Origin: Dehalococcoidia bacterium | GTDB lineage: Bacteria > Chloroflexota > Dehalococcoidia > Lucifugimonadales > UBA3495 | Reading direction: 5' to 3' | DNA: 32,687 bases | NCBI GenBank assembly: GCA_047516825.1 | Contig: JAKZUA010000062.1 | Location: 1 to 32,687, forward strand | Shown here: piece by piece, positions 31,770 through 32,687 of the stretch | How the letters are laid out: each line of letters starts with the position of its first letter | How positions within the stretch are numbered: the stretch's first letter is position 1 | Program-made: the position numbers and the translations under genes | The notes under the pieces: model-generated | Told to the model about the DNA's origin: nothing | The model's database searches: none | Seen by the model: the letters and a program-made list of their open reading frames with translations, nothing else

Positions 31770-32687
31770 TTACTCCTCGTTCCCTTCCACTTCTTCGGTC
31801 TCTTCCTCATCTGTCTCTTCGCCAGGCCGCAAGGTACGCATCTGGGGGAAAAGCAGCACATCCCGTATGCTGGGCTGGCCGGTCAGCAGCATGACCATCC
31901 GGTCGATGCCCACCCCCAGGCCTCCGGTGGGCGGCATTCCATACTCCATGGCCAGCAGGAAATCATCGTCCCGCCGGTCCACTTCCTCATCCTGGTAAAC
32001 CTGCCGGACTTCTTCCTGGGCCTCAAATCTGGCTCGCTGCACGGTGGGATCGTTCAGCTCCGAGTAGGAGTTGGCCACCTCCATGCCGGCGGCGAATGCC
32101 TCGAAGCGTTCCACGTAACCCGGGCATCCCGGCTTGGCCTTGGCCAGTGGAGACATCTCTTCAGGGTAATCCAGCAGGAAGGTAGGCTGGATCAAATTGG
32201 GCTCGACAAAGGTGGATATCAGCTTGTCGATCAACCGTCCCCGGCTCTCCCGGGGTCCGATGTCCAGGCCCAGAGACGCCACCCGCTTGACCAGAGCAGC
32301 GTCGTCGGGAAACTCATCGATGTTTATTCCGCTGCGCCGCTCCAGTTCCTCCCTTAAGCCCAGGCGAGGCCAGGGAGGCGCAAAATCGATGACATGCTCC
32401 CCGTAGGGTATCTGAGTCGTGCCCCGAACCTCTTGGGCCACCGTGGCAAACAGGCCCTCCACCATCTCCATCACCTGGGTATAGTCGGCGTAGGCCTCAT
32501 AGCTTTCCAGCAGGCTGAATTCCGGATTGTGGTCCTGGTCGATGCCCTCGTTGCGAAACACCCGGCCCAGCTCGTAGACTTTGTCGAACCCCCCCACTAT
32601 CAACCGTTTCAAATACAACTCGGTGGCGATGCGCAGGTATAGCTGCTGGTCCAGCGCGTTATGATGGGTAACGAAGGGGCGGGCGTG
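31770..32687 (-). CDS. lysS: Lysyl-tRNA synthetase (class II), C-terminal ~305 codons (5' end outside window)
   Basis: The frame is open to the window edge and reads [55 protein letters not shown]. Later come EMSPLAK and GG-GVGIDR-VMLLT. Acidic C-terminal tail. Confidence 0.95.
   Translation of the reverse strand, partial: HARPFVTHHNALDQQLYLRIATELYLKRLIVGGFDKVYELGRVFRNEGIDQDHNPEFSLLESYEAYADYTQVMEMVEGLFATVAQEVRGTTQIPYGEHVIDFAPPWPRLGLREELERRSGINIDEFPDDAALVKRVASLGLDIGPRESRGRLIDKLISTFVEPNLIQPTFLLDYPEEMSPLAKAKPGCPGYVERFEAFAAGMEVANSYSELNDPTVQRARFEAQEEVRQVYQDEEVDRRDDDFLLAMEYGMPPTGGLGVGIDRMVMLLTGQPSIRDVLLFPQMRTLRPGEETDEEETEEVEGNEE

Overview
GC-rich bacterial chromosomal segment (spot counts about 60% G+C in coding regions), made up mostly of housekeeping genes. 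Gene order: aroQ (partial), efp, xseA, xseB and a PurN-like formyltransferase (+). Then clpX, clpP and tig (-). Then a stripped-down division cluster rsmH-ftsA-ftsZ (+). Then nrdR, two orphan ORFs and nrdJ (class II RNR). Then a small islet with a lower-GC nuclease-fold ORF and a DUF2281-like/PemK-like toxin-antitoxin pair. Then pdxA, proC, yggT, a P-loop kinase, a VOC protein and a Moco oxidoreductase (+). Then a Cys-rich ORF (-) and a translationally coupled Mut7-C + HDAC/AcuC pair (+). Then hspR-grpE-dnaK plus a 97-aa ORF (-), with no dnaJ. Then a Zn-ribbon ORF and a rhodanese (+), and serS and lysS (partial) (-). I found no rRNA, tRNA, CRISPR array, transposase or integrase. The absence of cell-wall genes in the division cluster, the hspR-first chaperone operon and the peptide-like GC-rich hairpin repeats remind me of Chloroflexota (Dehalococcoidia-like); this is inference only. 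No complete, obviously novel multi-gene system is visible. The most notable unexplained signals: (1) two ~198-bp MITE-like elements in inverted orientation bracketing nrdJ through pdxA; (2) an islet between nrdJ and pdxA whose TA cassette is flanked by an identical 11-nt repeat; (3) a ~750-bp non-coding, hairpin-rich region with helically phased TTGAYA repeats where mraZ would normally sit; (4) a closed multi-stem RNA candidate in the ftsZ 3' region; (5) tandem NrdR boxes on the nrdR promoter and a structured nrdJ leader; (6) a TTGACA-N7-TGTCAA HAIR-like palindrome serving as the -35 box for two divergent promoters (hspR operon and a Zn-ribbon ORF); (7) a ClpP with a DADGA(G) repeat tail encoded by a 15-nt tandem repeat; (8) an EF-P lacking the canonical modifiable Lys/Arg position. 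All calls come from reading the sequence and from remembered family motifs. No database search or RNA folding was run.
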